A stretch of 64,000 nt of DNA from an uncultured delta proteobacterium (GCA_963782055.1 CAWAIF010000002.1:480001-544000), one strand, 5' to 3'. Counted from the first letter of the stretch, positions 1 to 9,503 are shown. A program made the numbers and translations. The notes: a model not told the origin generated them from the sequence alone.

Positions 1-1113
1 CAGGTTCTTGCGCACGATGCGGCTCGCCTCAACGTCGTCGCTCTCGATGTTGAGCTGGAGGAGCGAGAGCGCGTAGTTGTGCTTGGATGCGGTGAGCGAG
101 AAGCTGCCGCCGGAGCCGCCTCGCAGCCGGTACTCGTGGAACATCGCCGCGGAGTGGCACTGCAGCATCATGCAGCCCTTCTTCACCAGCATCGGCTGCA
201 CGTCGTGGACGAAGAAGAGGAAGTTGGGGTCCAGCGTGCCGGTCTGCAGCGGGCCGTGGGCCTTGGCCCAGTCGAGCATGGCCTTGTAGTCGCTGTCCGA
301 CGTGGTCTGCCAGATGATGCCGCCCTCGTGGTAGGCGCCGCCCTGGGTGGGGGCGAGGGGCCTCCGCACCAGCTCGCTCTGCTCCGGCGTCTGCGCCAGG
401 TACTCCTGCGCGGCGAAGTAGTTCCACCGCACCTGATCGGGCGTGTCGCCGCAGGTCAGGTAAAGGTCGTTGACGGGGGAGCCGTGGCAGTTGGACGCCG
501 CGCACGTCTTCTTGATGACCGGGTTGACGTTGTCCTTGAACTGGCCGAAGTCCGCCGCCGTCGGGTCGGTGTTGGGGTCGAAGCCCGGCTCCGCGGGCGG
601 GACCGTCGTCGCGCACGGCAGCTTGGTGACGCCGGGCGGCGGGACGCCGGTGTTGTTCTCCGTCGCGCCGTTGTCCATCCAGTGGCGGAGGGTCAGGTAG
701 CCGGTGGCTGTCGGGTCCAGGATGGGCCCGCCGGTGTGCTTGATGTCGGTCGTGATGGAGACCTTCGAGCCGTCGAAGTTCTGGATGTCGACGGTGAAGG
801 GCGGGACGTTCTTCACCAGCATCGCCGGCTGGCCGTACGGTCCGTAGTCCGCGAGCAGGTCCCGCCGCTTGTTGATCGCTTCGAAGCTGGAGGTGTCCAG
901 GTTGCCGAAGGCGTTGCCCTTGGCGTCGGACACGTGGCACCCCGCGCCGGTGTTCGTCCGGACGCAGGAGGCGTTGAGGATGGGGAAGATGGTGCGGTCG
1001 AAGTATGTCGACGGCTGCGGCTGCTTCACCGTGCACGCGGTGGGCGCCAGCACGGCGCCGACGGCGACGGCGAAACCCAGCGCGGCGACCAGAGAAGCTA
1101 CGGGCGAGCGCAC
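1..1113 (-). CDS. Lipoprotein with three cytochrome-c-like modules carrying non-canonical haem motifs; 3' end runs off the window
   Basis: Absent from the ORF track because it has no stop in the window. Manual translation from GTG at 1113 gives MRSPVASLVAALGFAVAVGAVLAPTAC (lipobox), then YFDRTIFPILNASCVRTNTGAGCH, FKDNVNPVIKKTCAASNCH and FFVHDVQPMLVKKGCMMLQCH. Confidence 0.75.
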   Translation of the reverse strand, partial: MRSPVASLVAALGFAVAVGAVLAPTACTVKQPQPSTYFDRTIFPILNASCVRTNTGAGCHVSDAKGNAFGNLDTSSFEAINKRRDLLADYGPYGQPAMLVKNVPPFTVDIQNFDGSKVSITTDIKHTGGPILDPTATGYLTLRHWMDNGATENNTGVPPPGVTKLPCATTVPPAEPGFDPNTDPTAADFGQFKDNVNPVIKKTCAASNCHGSPVNDLYLTCGDTPDQVRWNYFAAQEYLAQTPEQSELVRRPLAPTQGGAYHEGGIIWQTTSDSDYKAMLDWAKAHGPLQTGTLDPNFLFFVHDVQPMLVKKGCMMLQCHSAAMFHEYRLRGGSGGSFSLTASKHNYALSLLQLNIESDDVEASRIVRKNL

Positions 1114-1146
1114 GACGAGGCCTCGAGGGAGAGAGAACGACAAAAC

Positions 1147-1177
1147 GACTGCCGGGGGCGATTCACCCCCGGCAGTC
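1147..1177 (-). terminator. 12-bp perfect stem-loop between the HEAT gene and the downstream gene (terminator, attenuator or REP-like)
   Basis: gactgccggggg-cgattca-cccccggcagtc; followed by GTTTTG on the minus strand. Confidence 0.5.
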
Positions 1178-1204
1178 TACCGTCAAAGTGGGCCGCCGGG
1201 CGAC

Positions 1205-2122
1205 TCACATCCGGCGCAGCGCGATCGAGGCCTGGTCGCGCACCAGCGAGCTGGCGTCGTTCTGGGCGATCTGCTGCAGCGCGGCCTTGGCCGAGCTGTC
1301 GCGGAACGTCCCGAGCGCGTGACACGCCGACAGACGCACGTTGGGGTCGGCGTCGGACTGGGCGAGCTGGAGCACGCCGGCGACGGTGTCGGTGGCGTGG
1401 AGGGTCTCCAGCAGCTCCACCCCGCGGCGGCGCACCAGGGCGCTCGAGTCGCCCAGGAGCTTGGCCGCGGAGGCCTCGTCGTTGAAGGAGTTGATGCGCG
1501 ACGCCGACTTGATGGCGGCGAGGCGCACGCCCTCGTCGCTGTCGCCCAGGGCCTTGGTCACCGCGCCCGCGCCGGTGTCGTTCAGGCGGCCGAGGGCGGA
1601 GACCGCCGCGGCGCGCACGGCAGGGGAGGCGTCGTTGGAGATGGCGTCGGAGAGCGGCTGCACCCCGGCGAGCGTCAAGAACTCCCCGAGCGCGTAAGCC
1701 GCGTAGGCCCGCTTCTGCGAGCTCGGGTCGGTCTTGAGGGTGTCGACCGTGCGCTCGTACGCCTGGCCGGGGCCGAACACGCCGAAGATCCGGCGGCGCA
1801 GCCACCAGGCGGCGATCTCGCGCGTCTCCGGGCTCTGGTCGTACATGAGGTGCTCGACCACCGGGATGCAGTCGAGGCACTCGACGTCCTCCCCGTGCTC
1901 CAGCGTCTCCCAGATGAGAGACGGGGAGTTGGAGGAGGCCGCGCTCATGATGCGGTCCGGCGTGGAGATGAACTCCACCTGGTCCGGCGGGATGTTCCCG
2001 TAGACCGCGGTCACGCCGGGGTTCTGCACCGGGTTGTCGCTGCGGGCGTCCGTCCCGGACATGAGCGACCCTGCCGCCAGAATCGCACCGAAGAAGAGGG
2101 AACCGATTTTTGCGCTACGCAT
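1205..2122 (-). CDS. Secreted HEAT-repeat protein
   Basis: Signal peptide; repeated D..P.VR.AA..ALG units; an ECLDC motif. Confidence 0.85.
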   Translation of the reverse strand: MRSAKIGSLFFGAILAAGSLMSGTDARSDNPVQNPGVTAVYGNIPPDQVEFISTPDRIMSAASSNSPSLIWETLEHGEDVECLDCIPVVEHLMYDQSPETREIAAWWLRRRIFGVFGPGQAYERTVDTLKTDPSSQKRAYAAYALGEFLTLAGVQPLSDAISNDASPAVRAAAVSALGRLNDTGAGAVTKALGDSDEGVRLAAIKSASRINSFNDEASAAKLLGDSSALVRRRGVELLETLHATDTVAGVLQLAQSDADPNVRLSACHALGTFRDSSAKAALQQIAQNDASSLVRDQASIALRRM

Positions 2123-2134
2123 GGCTTCTTCTCC

Positions 2135-4480
2135 TCAGTTGTACTTCTGGCCGGAGGTGGGATCGTTCTGGAAGGGAACGAACTGGGTGTTCTGGCGGGC
2201 GTAGTACTGACCGCCCAGGTCGATCGAACGGATGAGGGTCTGACGCTCCTCGTCGGTGAGCGTCACGCCCACGTCCTCGGGGTGCATCGGGTGGTCGGTG
2301 GCCGGCCAGGCGGTGGTGCCGTCGGCCGCCTTGACGTTGATGTGCGCGATCATCTCGGAGCCGCGCGCGTTGCCCGGGTCGCCCCACATCGGCGGCACCG
2401 TCCCGGTCACCTTGGCGCCCATGTCCATCATGAGGGTCGAGGGGTAGAAGATGCTGACGTAGGACTTGGGCCAGGGCTTGACCTGCCGGTCGTAGTAGAC
2501 CGTGAGGGGCTGGCCGTCGCAGTACTGGTTCGCCGTCAGGCCGCACATGTTGAAGCGCGGGATCTGGTAGCTCGACGTGACGCCGCTCACGGGGTTGGTC
2601 ATCGAGACCGTGTAGAAGGTCTGCGGGCCGTTGCCGTTCTTGGTGTCGTTGTGGCACTGCACGCACTTGGCATCGAGCACCTGCTGGACATACGACTTGT
2701 TCGGGTCGTCGTTGGCGTTCCACGGGTACTCGGTGCGGTCGGTGATGGCCTCGGTGAAGTCCTCCGGGCCCTTCTGCTCCGCGACCGTGGGGTTCTGGCC
2801 GAAGGCCGGGACGCCCTGGCCGGTGCGGCTCTCGTGGCAGCCGACGCAGCGGCGGTCCTCACCAGGCATGCCCTGGATCCAGAGACCCTGGCTGCGGATG
2901 GAGAGGCCGAACTTGTCGATGGGCTGCAGGTGGAAGGGAATGTACGGCGGGATGTTGGCGAGCCAGCTCCCGTCCGGGTAGACGTCCGCCTCGCCGAGCA
3001 CCGCGGCCCCCTCGTGCATCGTCAGGCCGAACATGGTGACGCCCTTGGCCGCCTCGCTGGAGAAGCCCTCGATGATGCGGACCTTGACCGCACCCTTGAG
3101 CGCGTCGCCCAGCGGGGTGTTCTTGAACTCGGCGCCGTTGATGGAGTCGGTCAGGCTGGTGTTCGTCACGTTGACCGAGCCGATGCGGACCGGCTGCGTG
3201 CCATCGACGCCGCGCTGCAGGTCGCCGATGACCGGAGGCTCGACGCGCGGCGCGACCGCCATCGCACCGAGCGACCACATGGTGCGGTCGTTGTAGATGA
3301 GCTGGTTCTTCTGGGTGACCGGGTCGAAGACGTAGATGCCGAAGTCCGGCGGCGTCTGCGACTGCTCGTTGAGGTCGTTGACGGGGCCGTCCGCCCAGGA
3401 GACCAGGATCCGGCCGTCGGGCAGCACGCTGGGCTCGCGGTAGCGGCCGTCCGGCGAGGGGCCGTTGGACCCCGGGACGTCCGGCGTCAGGATGGTGAAG
3501 GTCGCGTGCTCCTCGTCCAGGCAAGCGTGGCCGGTCTGGTCCGCGGTCTTGTCCAGGCAGACCGGGTCGTTGTGGTTGCGCGCGTCGATCCGGATGAGCG
3601 TGCCGGCGTGGATGGTGCGGTTACGCGTGGTGCCGATGCCGATCATCACGTTCGGCTCGATCTCGCGGATGTTGATGAGCGAGTTGACGGGCTTGTTGTG
3701 CTGGCCCGCCACCGCGAGCATCTGCGTGCCGTCCGGGCTCGCCGTGAAGATCTTGACGTCGTTGACCGGGCCGAGGTGCTCCCAGCGGGAGTAGCCGACC
3801 TTGCCGTCGTGGCGGAGGAAGGGGGCGACGGTGTGCGAGAGGTTCTGCGAGTCCAGGTGGCGGTCGGCGTCGCCGCCGTCCACCGTGATGCTCGCGAGCT
3901 GCGTCACCACGCGGCCGTGCTCGTACTCGTCTGCGCGGGTGCCCATCGCCGTGTACATCTCGTTGGTCGCGAACGCGATGCGACCGCCGGGCATGTAGAT
4001 GGGGTTGATGTCGTCGTAGTCGCCGGCGGTCTTCTGGTGGATCTCGTACTTGCCGTCGGCGCCGGGCGTCAGCTGCACCGTGTAGAGGTGGTAGTGGTCG
4101 CTGCCGTCCTTCTTCATCGAGAAGACGGCCTGCTTCGCGTCGAAGGACACGTCCACGCCGTTGAAGTCGGCGGTGGGGAAGTCGGCGGTCAGGTTGATGA
4201 CCTTGCCGTCCGGCCGCGGCGGCGAGAGCAGGTCCAGGCTGCCACCCGGGACGTACCGGTCGTAGTCGATGACCTGCGTGTTGCCGCCGGCCACGTCGAT
4301 CGCGACGTTGCCCTGCTGGTCCACGGTGGTGTGGGCCCGCTTCACGAAGATGATCTGGCTCACGCCGATGTCGGTCGACTCGGTCGACCCGCTGCAGTTG
4401 GTGGCGAGCGCGCCAGGCAACAGGGTACAGAGTGCGATTCCCAGCGCGGTGAGCGGCTTGCGGACGGCAGGTGCGTTCAT
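2135..4480 (-). CDS. HzsA-related lipoprotein: TolB/PD40-like beta-propeller, hydrazine-synthase-alpha middle domain and two haem-c motifs
   Basis: Lipobox-like ATNC; propeller blades (VDVSFDAKQAVFSMK, DDINPIYMPGGRIAFAT, YREPSVLPDGRILVSW); IPPYIPFHLQPIDKFG...PGEDRRCVGCHE signature; second motif CVQCH. Confidence 0.8.
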   Translation of the reverse strand: MNAPAVRKPLTALGIALCTLLPGALATNCSGSTESTDIGVSQIIFVKRAHTTVDQQGNVAIDVAGGNTQVIDYDRYVPGGSLDLLSPPRPDGKVINLTADFPTADFNGVDVSFDAKQAVFSMKKDGSDHYHLYTVQLTPGADGKYEIHQKTAGDYDDINPIYMPGGRIAFATNEMYTAMGTRADEYEHGRVVTQLASITVDGGDADRHLDSQNLSHTVAPFLRHDGKVGYSRWEHLGPVNDVKIFTASPDGTQMLAVAGQHNKPVNSLINIREIEPNVMIGIGTTRNRTIHAGTLIRIDARNHNDPVCLDKTADQTGHACLDEEHATFTILTPDVPGSNGPSPDGRYREPSVLPDGRILVSWADGPVNDLNEQSQTPPDFGIYVFDPVTQKNQLIYNDRTMWSLGAMAVAPRVEPPVIGDLQRGVDGTQPVRIGSVNVTNTSLTDSINGAEFKNTPLGDALKGAVKVRIIEGFSSEAAKGVTMFGLTMHEGAAVLGEADVYPDGSWLANIPPYIPFHLQPIDKFGLSIRSQGLWIQGMPGEDRRCVGCHESRTGQGVPAFGQNPTVAEQKGPEDFTEAITDRTEYPWNANDDPNKSYVQQVLDAKCVQCHNDTKNGNGPQTFYTVSMTNPVSGVTSSYQIPRFNMCGLTANQYCDGQPLTVYYDRQVKPWPKSYVSIFYPSTLMMDMGAKVTGTVPPMWGDPGNARGSEMIAHINVKAADGTTAWPATDHPMHPEDVGVTLTDEERQTLIRSIDLGGQYYARQNTQFVPFQNDPTSGQKYN

Positions 4481-4543
4481 GTCGGGCCTCCGGTGCCCGG
4501 GTCCCGGTGGGGGCCTGGGGCATGGTGGCTAGAGCACGTATCG

Positions 4544-4561
4544 CGCCAGCTCGAGCTGGCG
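4544..4561. promoter_or_regulatory. Perfect 18-bp palindrome in the divergent promoter region (candidate operator)
   Basis: cgccagctcgagctggcg equals its own reverse complement; about 65 bp upstream of the 4480 start. Confidence 0.35.
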
Positions 4562-4743
4562 GGAATTCACCGAGGATTTGGGGTGTTGGATCCCTCGAGC
4601 CGGAGGGGGAGGCCCCCACGGGTGGGGGCCGCGGCCCCCTGACGGGGCATGGACCTCGTCGCACGTCGCACCTCAAAACCAGCACGGCGCCGCGGTGTCG
4701 GTCGGGCTGGGCTGCCTAGCCGGGACCTGTTAGGTCTCGGAGC

Positions 4744-5631
4744 ATGAGAGGTCTCGGTTTCGGTTTGATCCTGTGCACGTGCGTGGCCGCGTGTGTCGGC
4801 GACAGCCCCGTCACCACCGGCGGTGGAGACGCGGGGAGCGATGCGTCGAGCTGCTCCGCGCCGATGACGAGCTGCACGAAGGGCTCGCAAACCGTCTGCA
4901 CCGACACCTCGACCGACGACCAGAACTGCGGGCAATGCAACGACGCGTGCCCGAGCGGGTCGACGTGCAAGAGCTCGGCGTGCGTGTGCAGCGATCCCTT
5001 GAAGACGTACTGCGCCGCCGGCGCCGTGGGCTCGTGCGCCGACCTGCAAGCGGACCCGAACAACTGCGGCGCGTGCGGCCACAAATGCCCGAACACCTTC
5101 TGCACCCAGGGCCAGTGCGATCACATCGTCTTCGTGACGAAGAACACGTACACGACGGACCTGGGCGGCGTGGCCGGGGCGGACGCCAAGTGCGCGGCGG
5201 AGGCGAAGGCCGCCGGACTGCCCGGCACCTACATGGCGTGGATCAGCGCCGGTGCGAGCATCGGCCCGGCGCAGCGCTTCACCAACAAGTCCACGACCCC
5301 GTACGTGCTGCCCGACGGCACCACCGAGGTCGCCACGAGCTTCGCCAATCTCGCCAACGGTTTGAAGCACGCCATCGACATGGGGCCGGACAAGAACACC
5401 ATCCCCAACAAGACACAGGTGATGACCGACGTGGACAGCAACGGGGACAGCAGCGCCGGGAGCTTCCACTGTCAGGGCTGGACGTCGACGGTGACCGACA
5501 ACACCATCAACACCTCCTACTACGGCGGCGACGCGACCAAGACGACCGCGGGCACCTGGTCCACGGACAAGACCAACCAGATCTTCTGCAACACCGACTC
5601 CACCCAGCGGCTGTACTGCTTCCAGCAGTAG
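4744..5631 (+). CDS. Cys-rich lipoprotein with Stig1-like repeats and a DUF1554 (endostatin-like) domain
   Basis: Lipobox VAAC; repeats C.D..TD..NCG.C...C; C-terminal DLGGVAGADAKC...AGLPGTYMAWIS...C....RLYCFQQ. Confidence 0.8.
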   Translation: MRGLGFGLILCTCVAACVGDSPVTTGGGDAGSDASSCSAPMTSCTKGSQTVCTDTSTDDQNCGQCNDACPSGSTCKSSACVCSDPLKTYCAAGAVGSCADLQADPNNCGACGHKCPNTFCTQGQCDHIVFVTKNTYTTDLGGVAGADAKCAAEAKAAGLPGTYMAWISAGASIGPAQRFTNKSTTPYVLPDGTTEVATSFANLANGLKHAIDMGPDKNTIPNKTQVMTDVDSNGDSSAGSFHCQGWTSTVTDNTINTSYYGGDATKTTAGTWSTDKTNQIFCNTDSTQRLYCFQQ

Positions 5632-5641
5632 CGTCCAACCA

Positions 5642-6571
5642 ATGAGGTTCCCGCGCGTCCTGCAGATCGGGCTGGGCGTCGTCTTCGGCCTCTTCACGCT
5701 GGCCGGCGCCGTCACCGCGGCGATGAACTGGCACAGGGGGCCCTCCGCCCTCATCATCTTCATCGTCCCGCTCGTCTTGCTGGTGGCGTCCGTCGGCGCC
5801 TTCCAGCTGCAGTTCCGCCTCATGCGCAAGCACGGCGAGCGGGTGCGCGCGGCCATGGACGCCATCGCGGCGAAGGTGTTCGACGCGCCGGCGGCGGTGC
5901 GCCCGGGCTACGACATGACCGTCACGTCCGGCGCGATGGGGGCCGCGGCGTCGGCGATGGAGGTGGACACGGGCTTCACCGCCGACGGCCGGTGTCGCGG
6001 CGCGCGCGTCTCGGTGGCGAGTCACGCCTCCACCCTCGGCCGGCAGGTCGGCGAGTTCGTGCACGTGTACTCGCACGTGGTGGTCGACATGCAGGGCTAC
6101 GCCGAGCGCTTCCACCTGACCAAGCAGGGCGCGGGCTCCATGATCGCGCGAGCCGCGGGGATGAAGCACGACGTGAAGGTGGGCGACGCCGCCTTCGACC
6201 AGGCGTGGAACATCGACGCCGACGAGGACGTGGCGCGCGAGGCGCTCGCGCCGTCCGTCCGCGCCCGGCTGATGGAGCTGCGCGCGCGGGTCGGCGCGGT
6301 GAGCCAGGACTTCGGCGTCGGCACCATGAGCGTCATCCTCACGCCGCACGGCCTCGCCATCCGGTGGCCCGGGCCGATCGACCCGGCGCTCGCCGTCTTC
6401 ATGCGCGACCTGTTGCTCGACATGCGCGAGCGCATCCTCGCCTACGAGGACCGAAAGGCGGCGCGCGCCGGCGCGGGAGGGGACACCTACCGCGTGGCCG
6501 CGGAGACCGGCGCCGCGGCGGAGGCGCTGCCGGAGGACGAGGCGGCGGAGAAGGCTCGCGCCAAGGCGTGA
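5642..6571 (+). CDS. Hypothetical membrane protein (two N-terminal TM helices)
   Basis: 309-aa ORF with typical codon usage; hydrophobic N-terminus; GDAAFDQAW motif. Confidence 0.7.
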   Translation: MRFPRVLQIGLGVVFGLFTLAGAVTAAMNWHRGPSALIIFIVPLVLLVASVGAFQLQFRLMRKHGERVRAAMDAIAAKVFDAPAAVRPGYDMTVTSGAMGAAASAMEVDTGFTADGRCRGARVSVASHASTLGRQVGEFVHVYSHVVVDMQGYAERFHLTKQGAGSMIARAAGMKHDVKVGDAAFDQAWNIDADEDVAREALAPSVRARLMELRARVGAVSQDFGVGTMSVILTPHGLAIRWPGPIDPALAVFMRDLLLDMRERILAYEDRKAARAGAGGDTYRVAAETGAAAEALPEDEAAEKARAKA

Positions 6572-6601
6572 GCCGCCGGGCGCGCGCCGGGCACGCGTGG
6601 G

Positions 6602-7072
6602 TCAGGGCGAGCGCTGCTGCGCGCACGCGATCGCGGAGCCGGCGCGGCACGCGCGATCGAACGCCGCGTGCGCGGCCGCCGGGTCGTGGTGGACGCTCGC
6701 GCCGCTCATCCGCGGGAGCCCCACGCCGTGCCGGTACACGAAGCCGGAGATGGTGCACGAGGTCGCGACGCTCTCGCCGCGATCGCACGCCTTCACGTGG
6801 TCGCGGACGAAGTGTCCGAGGGTGTTGCAGCCGGCCATGCTCCCCTCGAAGCACGCGCACTGCGCGAGGAGCAGAAGCTGCTCGCCCGTCTCGGCCGTCT
6901 CGCCGCGCGCGGTGTCCAGATCGGCGGCGGCCTCGTAGCAAGTCCGGGGATCGTCGCAGGGGCAGGTGAGCTTGGTGGGGTCCTTCGCGTCGTAGCCGGT
7001 GGCGGACGCGGCGCACGCGGCGAGGGTCACGGCGAGCGCGGTCGCTGGGCGGAGCGTGGGGCGGAGCGGCAT
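6602..7072 (-). CDS. Small Cys-rich lipoprotein with Sel1/Hcp-like helical repeats
   Basis: ATG at 7072; lipobox LAAC; AC..G...GC..LG and FDRACRAGSAIAC motifs. Confidence 0.6.
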   Translation of the reverse strand: MPLRPTLRPATALAVTLAACAASATGYDAKDPTKLTCPCDDPRTCYEAAADLDTARGETAETGEQLLLLAQCACFEGSMAGCNTLGHFVRDHVKACDRGESVATSCTISGFVYRHGVGLPRMSGASVHHDPAAAHAAFDRACRAGSAIACAQQRSP

Positions 7073-7154
7073 GGCGCGAATGCTACCCCGCCGCGACGAG
7101 ATGCCCCTGCGGTTGGTTGTCGATCCGCGTCGCGACACGATGCAGGATGCACCC

Positions 7155-8183
7155 ATGAGAAGAGTCGCCGGTGCGGTCGCGGTGGTGATGGCGGGGTTGA
7201 CGATGGCGTGCGGGAGCAGCGATTCCTCCGCGCCGGACGGCGGCGGCGCGGACGGCGGCGGCGTGGACGGCGGCGGCGTGGACGCGGGCGGCCCGGACGC
7301 CCAGGGCTCCGACTCCGGCGGCGGCGACGCGGCGACCACCGGCATCAAGACCGTCTTCGTCATCGTGATGGAGAACCACAACTGGTCGGAGATCGAGGGG
7401 AGCGCCTCCGCCCCGTACATCAACAAGACGCTCCTGCCGATGGCCTCGTACTGCGACAACTACTTCGACAACCCGAAGAAGGTGCACCCGAGCGAGCCGA
7501 ACTACATCTGGATGGAGGCCGCCGACAACCTGGGGATCACCGACGACAGCGACCCGTCGGCCAACCACCAGGCGACGACGGACCACCTCGTCACCTATCT
7601 CCAGAAGGCGGGGGTCACGTGGCGCTCCTACCAGGAGAACATCAGCGGTACGACGTGCCCGGTCAGCTCGAGCGGCCTCTACGGCGCCAAGCACAACCCG
7701 ATGGTCTACTTCGACGACGTGGCCGGCAACCCGCCGGACAGCAAGTCGCAGAACTGCATCGACCACGTGCGGCCGTACACCGAGCTCGCGACCGACCTGC
7801 AGGCGGACAAGGTCGCGCAGTACGACTTCATCACGCCCAACCTCTGCCACGACATGCACAACGCCAGCGGCTGCGCCACGGGCGACCAGGTGAAGAACGG
7901 CGACACCTGGCTCTCCACCGAGGTGCCCAAGATCCTCGCGTCGAACGCCTACAAGAACGGCGGCGCGCTCTTCATCACGTGGGACGAGAGCGAGGGCGGG
8001 GAGTTCCCCATCGGCATGATCGTGCTCTCCCCGCTGGCCAAGGGCGCCGGCTACAAGAGCACCGTGAAGCTGTACCACTCGTCGCTGGTGCGGAGCGTGG
8101 AGGAGATCTTCGGCATCACGCCGCTGCTGCGCGACGCGGCGAACCAGCCGGACCTCTCCGACCTCTTCACGACGTTCCCGTAG
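7155..8183 (+). CDS. Phosphoesterase family lipoprotein (acid phosphatase/PLC-like)
   Basis: VFVIVMENH, HPSEPNY, KHNP, ITPNLCHDMH and ITWDE motifs. Confidence 0.9.
   Translation: MRRVAGAVAVVMAGLTMACGSSDSSAPDGGGADGGGVDGGGVDAGGPDAQGSDSGGGDAATTGIKTVFVIVMENHNWSEIEGSASAPYINKTLLPMASYCDNYFDNPKKVHPSEPNYIWMEAADNLGITDDSDPSANHQATTDHLVTYLQKAGVTWRSYQENISGTTCPVSSSGLYGAKHNPMVYFDDVAGNPPDSKSQNCIDHVRPYTELATDLQADKVAQYDFITPNLCHDMHNASGCATGDQVKNGDTWLSTEVPKILASNAYKNGGALFITWDESEGGEFPIGMIVLSPLAKGAGYKSTVKLYHSSLVRSVEEIFGITPLLRDAANQPDLSDLFTTFP
7236..7283 (+). repeat. 15-bp tandem repeat x3 encoding a DGGG(A/V) linker
   Basis: gacggcggcggcg(c/t)g repeated three times. Confidence 0.8.
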
Positions 8184-8185
8184 GC

Positions 8186-8599
8186 CTACTCCAGCTCGAA
8201 GACATCGGGCATGAGCGCGGCCAGGGTGGTGTCGCGCCGGACGTCGCCCGCGTCGGTCTCCGCCACGAGAACGACGGGCATGTCCCGCGCGAACTCCACC
8301 AGCACCTGCCGGCACATCCCGCAGGGGGACCCCGGCTTGGTCCCGCCCGTCACGATGACGCACGCCACCGGCGCCGACGCGCCCGCCGCCACCATCTGGC
8401 CGATGGCGTTGCGCTCCGCGCACACCGTGGCGCCGAAGGAGGCGTTCTCCACGTTGCACCCCGCGAAGGTGCGGCCGTCCTCCGTCGCGATCGCCGCGCC
8501 CACGCGGTAGCGCGAGTACGGTGCGTAGGCCTTCGCCCGCGCCTCCCGCGCGGCCGCGAGCAGCCTGGCGACGAGCGCCTCGTCGGGCTTCACGCTCAC
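8186..8599 (-). CDS. cdd: Cytidine deaminase
   Basis: AYAPYSRYRVGAA, NVENAS, CAERNA and PCGMCRQ motifs; GTGA overlap with the upstream PNP stop. Confidence 0.95.
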   Translation of the reverse strand: MSVKPDEALVARLLAAAREARAKAYAPYSRYRVGAAIATEDGRTFAGCNVENASFGATVCAERNAIGQMVAAGASAPVACVIVTGGTKPGSPCGMCRQVLVEFARDMPVVLVAETDAGDVRRDTTLAALMPDVFELE

Positions 8600-9441
8600 T
8601 CCTCCGCCCCCGCGCGCACCACCCACTCCCAGAGCAGGCGCAGCAGGTCCTGCCGCCGCGCCTTCGCCGTCTCCTCCACCTCCGCGTGGCTGAGCGGGGT
8701 CTTGGAGATCCCCGCGGCCAGGTTGGTGATGCAGGAGAGCGCCGCCGCACGCACGCCCATGTGGCGCAGGGCGATCACCTCCGGCACGGTGCTCATGCCG
8801 ATGGCCTGCGCGCCCAGCGTGCGGAGCATGCGGATCTCGGCGGGCGTCTCGTAGGAGGGGCCGGTGAGCCAGGCGTAGACGCCCTCGCGCAGGGTGAGGC
8901 CCGTCACCTTCGCCGCCTCGTGGCAGGCGGCGCGCAGGGCCGGGTCGTAGGCGGCGCTCATGTCGGGGAAGCGCGTGCCGAGGGTGTCGTCGTTGGGGCC
9001 GATGAGGGGGGAGCGCGCGGTGAGGTTCAGGTGGTCGGTGATCACCATCAGGTCGCCGGGCGCCCACGTCGGCTCGCACCCGCCGGCGGCGTTGGTGAGC
9101 AGCACCGCCGAGACGCCCAGGCGCGCCATCGTCCGCGCGCCGTGGACGACGGCGTCGATGTCGTGGCCCTCGTAGAAGTGCACGCGCCCCTGCATGCAGA
9201 CGACGGGCACCTCCCCCACGTGGCCGAAGCAGAAGTTGCCCGCGTGGCCGGGGACCCTGGACACCGGCAGGTGGGGGACCTGCGCGTAAGGAATCTTCGG
9301 CCCGTCGAGCGCGTCGCCGAAGGCGCCGAGGCCGCTGCCGAGCACCACCCCGACGCGCGGGCGGGCAAACTCCGTCCCGGCGAGCCGGGTCTCGAGCGCC
9401 CGCGTGGTCTCCAGGAGGCGGGCGGACGTGTTGGCATCCAT
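8596..9441 (-). CDS. punA: Purine-nucleoside phosphorylase (family 2)
   Basis: VLGSGLG, VPGHAG, QGRVHFYEG, GPSYETPAE and GMSTVPE motifs; ATG at 9441. Confidence 0.9.
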   Translation of the reverse strand: MDANTSARLLETTRALETRLAGTEFARPRVGVVLGSGLGAFGDALDGPKIPYAQVPHLPVSRVPGHAGNFCFGHVGEVPVVCMQGRVHFYEGHDIDAVVHGARTMARLGVSAVLLTNAAGGCEPTWAPGDLMVITDHLNLTARSPLIGPNDDTLGTRFPDMSAAYDPALRAACHEAAKVTGLTLREGVYAWLTGPSYETPAEIRMLRTLGAQAIGMSTVPEVIALRHMGVRAAALSCITNLAAGISKTPLSHAEVEETAKARRQDLLRLLWEWVVRAGAEE

Positions 9442-9460
9442 CGCCAGCAACCTACCACGG

Positions 9461-9503
9461 CTCACCCCATGCCCTCTCCCTACGAGGGAGAGGGAGAAGA
9501 GAG
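9461..9503. repeat. REP-like palindrome, copy 1
   Basis: ctcacccc..ccctctccc-tacga-gggagaggg-agaagagag; similar to 42623-42674. Confidence 0.6.

Noticed and set aside
2135..4480. Anammox hydrazine synthase
   Set aside because: Only domain-level similarity to HzsA. No recognisable hzsB/hzsC in the window, and the genomic context is myxobacterial.
869..4642. 1257-aa + strand ORF and similar long ORFs (27717-30293, most of 35525-40408, 55686-58538, most of 56519-59818)
   Set aside because: Shadow or alternative-frame ORFs over genuine genes, as expected in very GC-rich DNA. Only the 3' ends of 35525-40408 (DsbA) and 56519-59818 (inserted gene) are real.
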